DNA of 63,368 nt, the filler included, from Octopus bimaculoides (lineage: Eukaryota), in the NCBI RefSeq assembly GCF_001194135.2. It is 5 parts of 5 records of this genome, joined end to end, with 100 filler letters (N's around TTAATTAATTAA, not from the genome) between each part and the next. Parts side by side here need not be neighbours in the genome. Positions count along the whole stretch, not along the records: positions 1 to 21,139 come from NC_068982.1; 4 more parts are not named here. The stretch is one strand, 5' to 3'. The stretch's first letter is position 1. The number at the start of each line of letters is the position of its first letter. The notes under the pieces are model-generated. The model saw only the letters and a program-made list of their open reading frames with translations. It ran no database searches and was not told the DNA's origin. Shown in pieces: positions 1 to 12,560 of the stretch. Both the position numbers and the translations under genes were made by a program.

Positions 1-16
1 GGTTAGGGTTAGGGTT
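1..16 (+). repeat. Short (TTAGGG)n telomere-like tract
   Basis: ggttagggttagggtt at the window start; only about 2.5 units are visible. Confidence 0.45.
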
Positions 17-730
17 AAAGCAAATTTAAAATGAAAAAAGCAAATAAAACGAAGGTATGGAGATTAAATACGCTTTACATCGCTCAATCAGCCAAAGGAG
101 TAAATATAAACAACTGAATACTTGTCAGTGATTGGTTGAAATTATCGAAATAAGACAATTTTTTACATGAAATAAATTTGAATACAAAAATATTTTTCTG
201 TTCTATAACACAAAATAGATAAGTATACGAAGTTTGAAAGTCTTTCGGTACCAAAAACACTACGTAAAACATTAATGAAAAATGTGGCCACCGTTTTAAA
301 ATAGATCCATATATATATGGAGTGATTGTTAGGTATATTGCGAATGAAAGACAGACGATGGATGACTTAAGTTTACTTTTAACCTCCACATTCTTATAAA
401 TACCAAGTTGATAAATAACTCGCTTTGTGATCATAAGTACACAAAACTTCACGTGTGCGTATACTCACATTTTTGCAGATGCTTGTATTACCGAGTGTAC
501 TCGCGTCATGCAGCTTGCCCGAGGGCGTTTATACATCCATATCTGTTAACGGCTATTTTTAATACTTTTCTCGCTGGATTGCTGTTCGTTTCTCTTTTTG
601 TCAACTGTTGTTTTATTTTTGATCTTCTAAATAAATGAAGATATTCCCTCCGTCTGGCTGCTATTCTCTCAACAAAACGGAAAGTTACATTGCGGAAAAG
701 TCATTTTCACGAGTTGTACTNNNNNNNNNN

Positions 731-777
<47 letters not shown>

Positions 778-816
778 CATTTATGTGTGTGTATGTGTGT
801 CTGTGTCTGTCTCTGG

Positions 817-1000
817 TCGTCCTCCACTACCGCTTGACAACCGGCGTTAGTGTGTTTACGTTCCCGTAACTTAGACACCGATAGAATAAGTTCCAGGCTT
901 AGCAAAAGATTAAGTACTAGGGTCGATTCATTATACTGAAAATTCATAACAGCCAGTGCCCCAGCATGGCTGCAGTCTAATAACTGAAACAAATAAAAAG
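817..1000 (+). mobile_element. tRNA-derived SINE family A, 3' part
   Basis: cgcttgacaacc...gatagaataag...ggtcgattc...cagcatggctgcagtc...ctgaaacaaataaaaag is the reverse complement of the 3' halves of the copies at 6596, 22387, 29325 and 36915. Confidence 0.7.
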
Positions 1001-1149
1001 AAAAAAAACAGAAATGTTTGCGTGCGCGTATGTGTGTGAATGTATGTATGTTCAGTACTTGGGCTGTAACTATGTTAGTGGTGCACACACGCACACACAC
1101 ACACACACATGCACACACATACACACACATAAACAATTGCAGCCAAATG

Positions 1150-1925
1150 TCCTCCCTGTCGACTTGCAAAGACTGTCCAATTCCCTTGGTGTTATGCTTT
1201 TTACTTACAATTAAGCAGGCTCCAGTTTCCAATCCATTCTTTGATGTCGCCAAATCACAGGTATCTTTGATGGCCACTTACTCTTTCATCCTCCACACCT
1301 GTTGTCAGGATGGTCTTGGACAATAAGTCCTCGCTCATCTTATTTCTAAAAGATTATAGCTTTGAGGAATTGACTCTCGACGACAGGTATCTTTGGATTT
1401 TCAAACTCTCTTATACTGCAGCATTCGTTACTCTATTTTTCGAACTTATTTTGCCTAATCAACCAAAAGCCTACATTGTAAAAGCATCTACTCTCTTCTG
1501 CATTGCTCTGAACACTACCGAAAGTTCTACACCGTAGAGTACACCTGACATAACAACAGTTTAATATCCTCATATTTAGGTGCAGTGTTTTGTCTTGAAG
1601 TAAAGATCTTTACGTTATATTAGTTCCAATACAACTCACAGAAGAATCTCATGTTCTTTCCTTCTAAATCAGTTTTTGCTAAAGAGGTGATGAGCTCTCT
1701 GTGGTACACGCAGTTAAATGCTTTGGTATATTCATGAAGCAAATTGCTCTTTCTGTACTTGTGTGTGTTCTACGAGACTGATGAAGCAGAATATTGTATC
1801 TCTTTGACCTCTTTTGGCCCTAAATACAAATGTATTCTCACTAACCTCTGCATTTATTTTGCTTTCTTTTTATTCTTTCTTGTATGATTCTAAGGAATAA
1901 TCTAAGAGCATGGGTCATAAGTCTA
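1150..1925 (-). mobile_element. Degenerate RTE-clade LINE, RT domain and 3' end
   Basis: Minus-strand translation across stops and frameshifts gives MTHALRLFLRIIQERI, EVSENTFVF, HEYTKAFNCVYHRELITSLAKTDLEGKNMRFFCELYW and LSKTILTTGVEDER...DIKEWIG, which match RTE RT motifs (DYxKAFD; KTILQGxVEGxR...DIKEWTG). Confidence 0.72.
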
Positions 1926-1944
1926 CAGTTGTGTAGTTTAGGCA

Positions 1945-2680
1945 ATTACGACTCGAACCAGTCGATTATGTAGCTTCGTTTTGGTTCTACCACGGCGAAG
2001 AACGTTTTCTTACTATTGTACAGAATCCACTTTTCATCACAAGTTACAATACGGTCGAAAAATTGATCGGTCTTTTTACGGAGAATTGACGAATAAATCT
2101 CATGTCTGCACATTTTCTGATTTTCATTCAAATCGTATGGTACCCATTTATCGTGTTTTGTTTTTTTGTTTTTTTGATGTTCCGATAGCATGCAAATGGA
2201 TGCAGGCAGTTTTCTGGCTAACATGAAGTTCTTTTTCCAGTTCTCGAGTGGTTTTACGTGGATCCTTCTCAATGACGGTCTTTAATTGACCATCATTGAT
2301 GACAGATCGGTGTCCACTACGCTCACGACCTTCGATGCTCAGGTCTCCACTGCGAAATCGTTTAAACCAATTTCGATCTGACCACTTGCTTTTATTTCCT
2401 TACCAAACGTTTCGTTGATATCGCGAGCAGTTTCAGCTGCTTTACGTCCTTTTTTGGATAGCAAAATTGCTCGAATATCGCGCTTTGACAGCTCCATTTC
2501 AGATGATTGTAACAACTGTGAAAAACTATCAATGTTGATTTATTGATGCATTTGGGCATGTCTATGTCTGTATTATCAAATAACGTCAAGAAAAACTGTT
2601 TCAAAAAATTCAAAACTCTGCAAAAATCCGGTACAAATTCTTCATGGTTCAAAATGTTGCTTACTTTTTACACAACCTAA
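1945..2680 (-). mobile_element. 3'-truncated mariner transposon (cecropia/Hsmar1-like)
   Basis: Peptides KRDIRAILL..KGRKAAETARDINETFG and DKWVPYDLNENQK...FFDRIVTCDEKWILYN; 5' TIR on the minus strand at 2651-2680 is ttaggttgtgtaaaaagtaagcaacatttt. Confidence 0.85.
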
Positions 2681-2816
2681 CAAACCTTATAGACCCGAAA
2701 AAGCCTAACCAGCGAACGGGCAGATCCAGTTTTCCTGTAGATAGCGCTTGAAGTGGACACGTTTAGAGAAAACTTCTTTACGACTATTCAACACGCCAGT
2801 TTTAGTATTGTCATTA

Positions 2817-2851
<35 letters not shown>

Positions 2852-3177
2852 NNNNNNNNNNNNNNNNNNNNNNNNNNNNNNNNNNNNNNNNNNNNNNNNN
2901 NNNNNNNNNNNNNNNNNNNNNNNNNNNNNNNNNNNNNNNNNNNNNNNNNNNNNNNNNNNNNNNNNNNNNNNNNNNNNNNNNNNNNNNNNNNNNNNNNNNN
3001 NNNNNNNNNNNNNNNNNNNNNNNNNNNNNNNNNNNNNNNNNNNNNNNNNNNNNNNNNNNNNNNNNNNNNNNNNNNNNNNNNNNNNNNNNNNNNNNNNNNN
3101 NNNNNNNNNNNNNNNNNNNNNNNNNNNNNNNNNNNNNNNNNNNNNNNNNNNNNNNNNNNNNNNNNNNNNNNNNNNNN

Positions 3178-3210
<33 letters not shown>

Positions 3211-5479
3211 GTTTCATTATATTTGGTCAGAGAATGTATAAAGATTATCACTGCTTCTTAACACTGTAGTAAATAGCTCACCATATAGAAATGGTATGAC
3301 ACATTGAGTGGTTGCAGTAAATTACATTATTCAATATTTCAGCTATAAACTAGAACTAGCCACATATTTAAGTCATAAAATCTAATTGATTTCTTTTTTT
3401 CTCTTCAATTTCATTTTGACGACTTAACGCTAGCACTCTTCGCAATAAGGATTTCAAAATTATTCTTTGTTTCCTCATTTATTATGTAATTGTTTCTGTA
3501 ACCTGCATTTAAATGATATCAATAGTCGACTTTAACTACCATTCACAAAAAATATACCCATTTCCAATAGTTTAAGACATTCCGAACAGTTAGAAACGAT
3601 AGTAGTATTCACATACACCCCATAGGTCTTTTGCAGAACTGCTGAGTTACTGTGCCGTAAAACAAACCAAAACTAGTGGTCAAGTGGTGAGAGATAGGTC
3701 AAACAGATATTTCTTACAGAGAAGAGGAGAAAGAAGGAAAAAAAGCAGAGGAGGGATCAGATGAAAAAACAAAAAAAACGTGTTGTTTCCGTATGCATTC
3801 TGTCTACCATATTCATTCACAATACAATAGTGCAATAATCGACTTCAGTCTGTAGAAGAGAATTCGAAACTACGTGATGGCGAAGGGAACTTCTTTACCG
3901 CATATTCTTATATGTTCAAAGTTGAAGGCTATTTGAGTAACTTGTGAGACGTTAACGAATAAGGAATCAGATATTGATACTGAGATTTAAATATATTGAA
4001 TCTATGCGTGAGTACGCGTACGTTTTTGTATGTACTTTGATATATGTGTGCGCGTATAAATTTCAACAGGGAGATGTGGAGGAGAAAGGTAGGGTGCCAT
4101 AATGAATATCTTGCCGGATTTAGTCATGCATTTTTACTTTGTAAATACTAATCTTGTCGAAGTAAACATGGTATTATTTTTCCAGAGATTTATCAAATAG
4201 CTGCGAATACAATTTTAGTACTTGAATCAGCCGACAATACACAATATGTACAAAATTTATGGCATTCTGTCAATGTGAGAAATTTAATTTGTTTTATATT
4301 ATTATATAGACAAGACGATGACATAAATAATAAACAAAAATATTGATTTTTTTTTCAATGTCGAGAACTTCATGTTACGCCAAGAGAAGATTTTGTTTTT
4401 AAATCCTCATTCAATGACTTATAGTGAAAAATCTTTTCTAACATCGTTACTGTGTAAAACCTATTTCATGTGGTGAAATTTTATTTTTCTATGGAGAAGA
4501 AATTATCAAATATGAATTTCGGGATTATAAAAATATGAATTATAAAATTGTGAAATCTAATTAATATTTCTAGCCTTGAGACATTCAGATATAAATTTGT
4601 GCTCGCTAACATATTAACGTATTCGTAATCTCTCACTCTCTGACTATCTCTGTTTATCCTACAATTCGTTTATCCTTTCTTTCTAATTCGCTGATAAGTT
4701 AGCAGTAATGAAAATAATTATGGAAGTAAGAATTGATTTTTTGCCCTATAGCAGACAAATAGTTAACGCTACTCCTATTATATTTTTTCCAGAGCTTCTA
4801 TTTCTCATGAATTTTTCTTCCAAAATTTTACATATTATACGACTCTTAGCGTCCATTAATGCTTATCGTTTATACATTATTATATATTACACACATCATT
4901 TTACAATATCTTTGAAATTTTATGATCTAACCACTGGAAAATATATCCTCTCAAATGATTATCAGAGTTCAGAGTTACAAATTAGACCATGCTTGGCTGA
5001 AGAGAAGCACCAATAAGACGAAGCATATCCTTATTAAATATAGCCTCTACTTCAGTTTATAAGTACATTCAATTAGCCATTTTAGCCAGATTTGGCATAA
5101 GTTTAATTGTTTGGGGGACCATTTCTGTTTTGTTTTTGTTTTTTAATGAAATGCAATTTCAATTGCACACCCATTTACATACCTTTCACAACAGCTTCTG
5201 ACCTCTCACAGCGACATAAACACCAACACTAACGCACACACGCACACAGAAGCGACGACACACACACACACACACACACACAACTCACACGAACACACAT
5301 ACACACAGTTACTACCACATACACACACACACAGACGCTATCACATACACATACATACACACAGTTACTACCACATACACACACACACAGACGCTATCAC
5401 ATACACATACATACACACAAACACACACACACATACACACATACATACACACTGATCATCTTCACACTCCTGTCCCAGA

Positions 5480-5610
5480 AAACACTTTCTGTTTCTCCTT
5501 CCACTTCCGGTCAATTCAGAAATGTAACCACATTTGGATCGTTGGCTATTTTTCGCTATTTTCCCTTCTTTCTCTTTGGACTTTTCTCTTTCCTATGCTG
5601 CAAACGTTAA
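5480..5610 (+). repeat. Remnant of the same pLTR-like repeat as 48190-48320, with the hammerhead core missing
   Basis: cttccggtcaattcagaaatgtaaccacatttggatcgttgg...ttggacttttctct aligns with the reverse complement of the 48190-48320 region (cttccggccatttcaaaatgtaaccacatgtgaatcgttgg...ttggactttcctct). Confidence 0.55.
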
Positions 5611-6168
5611 AAACTCTCACCTTGACATCATTAGTTACACACTTTTTCCCATATCGAAGTTTCAAAGAATTTCGATGGGCTGTTTGTTTGCATACAATTA
5701 ATGCTACTAGTGATGCGACTAAAATCCAAAATTTAAAGAAGTGGAACAGGTAAAATGTAAGCTATATACGTTTCTTAACTAGCTGAAACTCATTATGCAA
5801 GTATTACACAATGAACTCTCTTCAGCATGGCTAGTCACCAGGCTGAAATTACCGCGATAAGGTTTACATTACCACAAGGAATTAAAAATGGAAAGAAAAG
5901 TCAATAACAACAACAACAAAGAAAGTAAGTTTAAACAACCATTTAATATTTTAGTGGAAGGTAGAACCGAAATAATAGTGTGATTAAGAGACAAAGAGTA
6001 GGAAGAGGAAAGAAAGAAGAAAATGTTTATTTTGTTCCTTCTCTTTCTCGTTTTCTTTATCACAACCACTCTATGCATTTTATATACATATATATTTTTA
6101 TTAATATCTAGTAGAAATAACAGAGTGGCTCAAGGTCCGAGAGTTTCGTGCGTTGGCACTTAGGACTA

Positions 6169-6213
6169 GTTTGATGAGTGCCAACGCACGAAACTCACGG
6201 ACCTTGAGTCAAC
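6169..6213 (+). ncRNA. Type I hammerhead ribozyme-like motif in the 3' arm of a 48-bp inverted repeat (arms 6113-6160 and 6177-6224)
   Basis: gtt (c)TGATGA GTGC caac GCAC GAA ACTCA cggacct TGAGT C aac: 4-bp stem II, 5-bp stem III, GUC triplet, 3-bp stem I; C3 is missing or changed to U. Confidence 0.65.
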
Positions 6214-6284
6214 CTGTTACTTCTGTTAAATAATAAGAATATACATATACTCATATTCTGAGTTTTATTTTCCCTGTTTGCATC

Positions 6285-6353
<69 letters not shown>

Positions 6354-6356
6354 ACA

Positions 6357-6480
6357 CATTCTTTTATTCTTTTACTTGTTTCAATTATTTCGTTGCGGCC
6401 ATGCTGGAACACTGCCTTGAAGGGTTTTAGTCGAACAAATCGACCCCAGGATATATTTCTTAACCCTAGTACAGTGGTGC
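6357..6480 (-). mobile_element. SINE family A, 3' fragment
   Basis: cttttacttgtttca...gcggccatgctggaacactgcc...tagtcgaacaaatcgaccccagg. Confidence 0.75.
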
Positions 6481-6595
6481 TCAAGCATCATTCTTTGTCT
6501 ATGGACTCCTTTGATTCCTATTTTATTCGGGAAGCCGGGACCCACATAGTCATTCAATCTCTAAAAACTCCTACTATACTTTTATGATTAAATAT

Positions 6596-6985
6596 TACTC
6601 TTTTACTTGTTTCAGTCATTTGACTGTGGCCATGCTGGAGCACCGCATTTAGTCGAGCAAATCGACCCCAGGACTTATTCTTTGTAAGTCTAGTACTTAT
6701 TCTATCGGCCACTTTTTGCCGAACCGCTAAGTTACGGGAACGTAAACCCACCAGCATCAAGTGATGGTGGGGGGGGGGGACAAACACAGACACAAACATA
6801 TACACACACATACATATATGCATATATACGACGGGCTTCTTTCAGTTTCCGTCTACCAAATCCACTCACAAAGCTTTGGTCGGCCCGAGGCTACAGTAGA
6901 AGACACTTGCCCAAGATGCCACGCAGTGGGACTGAACCCGGAACCATGTGGTTGGTAAGCAAGCTACTTACCACACAGCCACTCC
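6596..6985 (-). mobile_element. SINE family A, near full-length, with internal microsatellite
   Basis: The tRNA-like head on the minus strand (ggagtggctgtgtggtaagtagcttg...ggttccgggttcagtcccactgcgtggc) has Pol III A/B-box-like motifs; the body is shared with other copies. Confidence 0.85.
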
Positions 6986-7449
6986 TACACCCATTATTAA
7001 TAAATGTGTAAAAGAATGTTTAAATGTTGTGTATTGCAGAAATATAACCAGTTTATTGCTTGTGAATTTTAACAACAAAATCGTATATGGACCCTTAAGG
7101 GCCACATGGATCCCGGTAGAGAACCACTGGCCTAGGTCAATTTGGCCGACCGCTAGGTTACGGGGGCGTAAACACACAAGCACAGGTTGTTAAACAGTGA
7201 TAGGGAACATACATACACACAGACTCACACACGCACGCACGCACGCACACACACACATATAATGTATTTTGTCACTCTTGTATCTGTCTTTTGACGACGC
7301 TTGTCGCCCTAATAGATATTGCTATATTCCGAAGTCATCGATAGAATAATTCTATCTGGAACTGTACGATGGCCAATCGTACAGTGTTATTATCCTCAAA
7401 AGGTTGGCTCGATATAACGTCCATTCAGTATCTTTACTTCTCTTTGAGC

Positions 7450-8040
7450 TTTACTTCTCTTTGTGTTCCAACAGTATACACCTATTCACTCCCCTTTCTT
7501 GCATGCTATCTCCCAAATATAAATTATTGTATTGTTTCTGCACCGTCCTTCAGTACATAGTAAGCTATAGACTATATTTCTAATCTTACAGTTAACCAGT
7601 TAACCTGTGGATTCATCTTACATACTATACAATTGTTCTCCGTACATGGAGACCTATCGAAGGTACAAGTTTTACAAATCAGGGATTTTATGGGAGTTTC
7701 AAGCATTTCTACTACTTTAAGCCGTAGATTTACCTTATTTAATGCTTCTCTTAAAAGGTATGCTAGTACTTCACCAGGGGTAGCATCAACGAACATGACT
7801 GTCTGGTACTTTTTGTTGTCATACTATGAGTTGGCCTTATTTATCTTTTTCCTGATTTTTTCCGTGCTTTACTCCTATATAGCGGGCAGATCTCATTTGC
7901 ATCCTCTCTATGATGGCCTTGTGCTTAGCTTTGGCTTCTTTGTACACACTAATCCTGTCCTCTTGGCTGAAACCGGAGAACTGCATACAGTGGATGAAGT
8001 GTTGTATCTATTTTTCCAATTATACAGGAAGTCCACTGTT
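7450..8040 (-). mobile_element. Degenerate Penelope-like element: RT C-terminus, Cys-rich linker and start of GIY-YIG
   Basis: MQFSGFSQEDRISVYKEA..., YQTVMFVDATPGEVLAYLLREALNKVNLRLKVVEMLETPIKSLICKTCTFDRSPCTENNCIVC and IVYSLLC...IYIWE, with several frameshifts and stops. Confidence 0.62.
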
Positions 8041-8139
8041 AGAATATTGAACTTGGCGTTGTCTGTACACATACACACACACACACACACCACACACACA
8101 CATACACACACACACACATATATGTATACATATATATAC

Positions 8140-8300
8140 GACGAGCTTCTTTCAGTTTCCGTCTAACAAATCCACTCACAAGGTTTTGGTCTTACCAAAG
8201 CTATACTAGAAGACACTTGCCCAAGGTGTCACGCATTCGGACTGGACTCGGAAGTGGTTGGGAAGGGAACTTCTTACCACACCGCCACGACTGCTCCTAT
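8140..8300 (-). mobile_element. SINE family A, 5' half
   Basis: acgacgagcttctttcagtttccgtct...agaagacacttgcccaaggtgtcacgca...ttaccacaccgccacgactgctcc. Confidence 0.8.
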
Positions 8301-8353
8301 ACGTATATATATACGTATGTACATATATATATACAAAGAGAAAGAAAGAAAGT

Positions 8354-8434
<81 letters not shown>

Positions 8435-9751
8435 GCATCCATAGACACGCATACAGACGCATGCACATATAGGTATGTGCGTGTGTGTATATTTTCTTTA
8501 GCTGTGCATTTTGTTATAACCTCATGTTTCGTGCACTGGAATAAAAAATTTTCAAATTCTCCAAATGCAAGATGGTAGTAAAACTGCATTTTGCATTTGG
8601 CTGGTGAGATTTCACGAAACATCAAACGTTATTATATGGTATAAAACGAAATATAGCTTACATAGATAACAGGATGCAATTACACTGCGTCTTGGTAGTG
8701 GTTGCTTTCCTTTCTTTACGTGATATGAACACAATAGATGTAGCTTCATCCCTAATAGAGGCGCGTGATGGCTGTGTCTAACATATATGCAGTCTAAAAT
8801 TGAGCCATACACTTATGTGTGTGTATGTGTATGTGTGTGTGCATGTGTACGTGTGTGTGCGCGCGTTTGTGAATTTCAGTGTGATTGTGTTTCTGGGTGT
8901 ATATGTGTGTATGTACTACACACATATACACTTATACACATATAAATATGTGTGTTTGTAATACATATATGCGTTTATATACACACACATACTTCATTTA
9001 GCCACTATAATACCTTTGTCTTAATTTAGCCGATCAGTTGCATTTTCGATTATTGTGCAGTATTTTGAATATCTAATATTACTTAAACATGCGATAACCA
9101 AGGTGATTCTGGAGTTTATTTTATTCTTTACACTCTCATGGATAACAAACAACAGATTTTTTTCTGCAATATGATTATTTCTATTCGAGGGTTTTCTTAA
9201 TATATTATTTTTATTATTTCTTAATATGTTATTTCCCTACTTTTATGTGGATCATTTTAAAATTTGTTCAGGTACTCAGTTAAATGTAGTTTAAGCAGTG
9301 TAAGATAATTAGAGATTTATCCTCATATTTTCAATATACCTTTCTAACATTTATGGATTTATTACTATATTCATCTGTTCGAATAGCTTTTATCATAGCT
9401 GCAAATCTAAAATGAAAAGATGTTATCGTGTACCAACAATAGAAACAAACTATATAAATTCATTCCATGCAAACTATACATTTACGCAAGATCTAACGAA
9501 AGAATGGAAATATATAATTTTCGCGCTTCACAGCGTTCATATACACATAATTTTTCACGTCTGGCCGCATAGCCTTTTCCGTTTGTTTTCCTGTCTTGTT
9601 TTCTTGGTATGTGAAAGCACGTGGTTGGATGTATAAAAGATAATAAGAGTGAAAAAACTACAGAAGGCTTGTGTTACATGGTTAAAGTATATATTTAAAT
9701 TATGTCAGAAAAATGTTATAAAATTTTTTTGGTATATAAACATTGTATTTG

Positions 9752-9790
9752 GAGAAATAACCGGTTTCGTGTCGTCTTTTCAAATTTCTC
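9752..9790 (-). ncRNA. Degenerate minimal type I hammerhead motif
   Basis: Minus strand reads gagaaat TTGAAAA gacgacac GAA ACCGGT T atttctc: perfect 7-bp stem I and palindromic stem III; the core has C3U and G8A changes and stem II is decayed. Confidence 0.5.
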
Positions 9791-9794
9791 TACT

Positions 9795-9832
9795 TCATTG
9801 CAACGTGTTCGCCCCAGAACACGTTGCAATGA
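9795..9832. repeat. Perfect 16-bp hairpin ending at a contig break
   Basis: tcattgcaacgtgttc gcccca gaacacgttgcaatga, followed directly by N. Confidence 0.9.
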
Positions 9833-10425
9833 NNNNNNNNNNNNNNNNNNNNNNNNNNNNNNNNNNNNNNNNNNNNNNNNNNNNNNNNNNNNNNNNNNNN
9901 NNNNNNNNNNNNNNNNNNNNNNNNNNNNNNNNNNNNNNNNNNNNNNNNNNNNNNNNNNNNNNNNNNNNNNNNNNNNNNNNNNNNNNNNNNNNNNNNNNNN
10001 NNNNNNNNNNNNNNNNNNNNNNNNNNNNNNNNNNNNNNNNNNNNNNNNNNNNNNNNNNNNNNNNNNNNNNNNNNNNNNNNNNNNNNNNNNNNNNNNNNNN
10101 NNNNNNNNNNNNNNNNNNNNNNNNNNNNNNNNNNNNNNNNNNNNNNNNNNNNNNNNNNNNNNNNNNNNNNNNNNNNNNNNNNNNNNNNNNNNNNNNNNNN
10201 NNNNNNNNNNNNNNNNNNNNNNNNNNNNNNNNNNNNNNNNNNNNNNNNNNNNNNNNNNNNNNNNNNNNNNNNTATATATATATATATATATATATATGTA
10301 CATATATACATATATATATACATATATATATATGTATACATATATACACACACACACATATATGTATATTATATTATTTACTGTTTATTATTTAATTGAA
10401 CCCGACGCATCCATATCCGGGTAAG

Positions 10426-10459
<34 letters not shown>

Positions 10460-10608
10460 TGTATGTATGTATGTATGTATGTATGTATGTATGCATGTAT
10501 GTATGTATGTGTGTGTATGTATGTGTGTGTATGTATGTGTGTGTATCTATATACACATATACATGTGTGTACGAGTGTATTTGACTATGTATATATTGGT
10601 ATTATGCG

Positions 10609-10678
<70 letters not shown>

Positions 10679-12389
10679 GTATGAGTGAGTGAAAGAAAGA
10701 GAGACAGACAGATGCACATTATACTTGGTCACGAATATTTCACAAAGTTTTTGAATACCTTATAATTTCTGAAACTCATCAGAGTAAATAATATTCTTGT
10801 AGTAATAAAGCCATATAGAAACCGAAACAAGTGCTCATATATTTTTGCAAGTCTCCGAAGCAATGATCATATTGACATTTTTGTAAAGTGTCTTAATGCA
10901 GCAGTATAATTATTATTAATTTCTAGAACTAATCTCCCTTTGCCGTTCAACACTACCATTCTTTGTTCTCGTCATATGAGTATTATCCTTAATACCCTGC
11001 AATCAGTTTTAACAATTTAACATCTTCAGTAAGTGCTCAGTAAATCCTAGCTGGAGGAAAAACGATGCCCGAGTAAAACTTGAGTTTCACTTAGGCACTC
11101 ACTCCTCGGGCGAATATAAAGGGAGTAGGAGAAATAATTCAAAAGTTCCAGTGGCTGTCTCGCGTCATTTAAATAAAGATCAGATTATTGATTTTCCTAA
11201 GTATTTGAGTTGCAACGTGAAGTGATTAAATGTTTTAAATTATCTCCAGTGTTTAGAGTTATTAACAATTACAGCTAGCTTATTTTTTCCTCTATCTTCG
11301 TCGAGCAGACGCTAGTAAATTAATAATAAAAATTAATATGTCATGTGCGGCATTCTATATATACCACTGTCACTTGTTCCAATTATTTTTTTCTTTTATC
11401 TTCTTTTAATTATCATTATGTAAATTACTTTTGCCCAAGAACACACCAAGCTCTTTGTGGTTATTTACTTAAATCTAATTAGAGACGTATAAAGACGAAA
11501 TTATGCTGATCAGACCTAAATTTAGCTACTTTTAGTGTTTCTACACCCACAAACGCACACACTCAAACACAATCACATACATATATACCAGTAACAATGT
11601 ATATACATGTATATACATACAGGTGTATGTATATATCTACATACATATACACCCAGAACCACGCTAATGTCTTAGGAATGAAATTTAGGATTTCTCGGTT
11701 TTCTGTGAATCGATTTTGATAAAACTTTTCCCAGCTGGTTTGAACACCATGGCAACACCAGTGTTATGCTTTCATTATTCTGTGTAACGTCCTTTCTTTT
11801 TTATTTCAGATTCTTCAGTTTTTTGGTGAACCACCGTAATAACTTTTGAATGAAAATAGCCCATCTAGACATTTTTTTTCAGAAAATGAAGGGTAATGAT
11901 ACATATTAAGCACACATTGAGTATATATTTAACAGAAGACCATAAGAATATTATAACATTCATTAACATAATGAATTATTTTGATACATGAGCGCCAAGG
12001 AAGAAACGATCCGATTGTGGGACTCCAAGATTATTAAAATGCTAAAATAAGGTTTATTGGACTTTTCCTTTATTTTTCACCTCCGTAATATAAAATGGAT
12101 GTTGGATTCCTAAACACTAACGTTTATAAATTTGCTTTCCTGTGAGCGTGTTTTTCATTCTCGTCATTTCACTGGAATATGTGTATGTCATTCAATGTTT
12201 CCTCCCCACTTTTAATACAGATTGTATAATTTGAAGGAAATTTCGCTGTTATTGTTTTCAAGTCGAATGGTCTCGTATAGGTTCCATTCTGAACTCGGAA
12301 TTTGTGCCTGACTACATTAAGTCAGGTAAGAACAGAAGACTGAAAGTTGCACGCTGAAAACTTACATCTTAATTTCGCTAATTATTGGT

Positions 12390-12560
12390 TTCAAACCATC
12401 GCTCAAGGCCATCAGTTTAGGGGAAGCGGAGAAGTCGATTACATTGACCACAGAGCTCAACTGTTACTCCGTAAGAATGAACGGCAAAGTCGTCCTCAGC
12501 GGAATTTGAACTCAGCACGTAAAAATGGACTAAATGCCACTAAGCATTTCCCCCAGGGGC
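12390..12560 (-). mobile_element. SINE family C fragment
   Basis: agtcgattacattgacc...ggcaaagtcgtcctcagcggaatttgaactcag...ctaagcatttc, homologous to the copies at 51900 and 57575. Confidence 0.65.

Noticed and set aside
3848-3880. ctgtagaagagaattcgaaactacgtg, hammerhead-like
   Set aside because: Core is altered, the NUH position is G, and there is no stem I
4995-5030. ctgaagag...gaagcatatcc, hammerhead-like
   Set aside because: No stem II pairing and GAAA is absent
5595-5749. ATG-initiated 51-codon frame ending at a CAG|GTAAAA donor
   Set aside because: It starts inside a pLTR-like repeat remnant, has no recognisable protein, and no partner exon was found
7633-8166. 177-aa plus-strand ORF
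   Set aside because: It is the antisense shadow of the minus-strand PLE relic and runs into a microsatellite
10755-10785. Minus-strand ctgatgagtttcagaaa
   Set aside because: Stems I, II and III do not form convincingly; compatible with chance in AT-rich DNA
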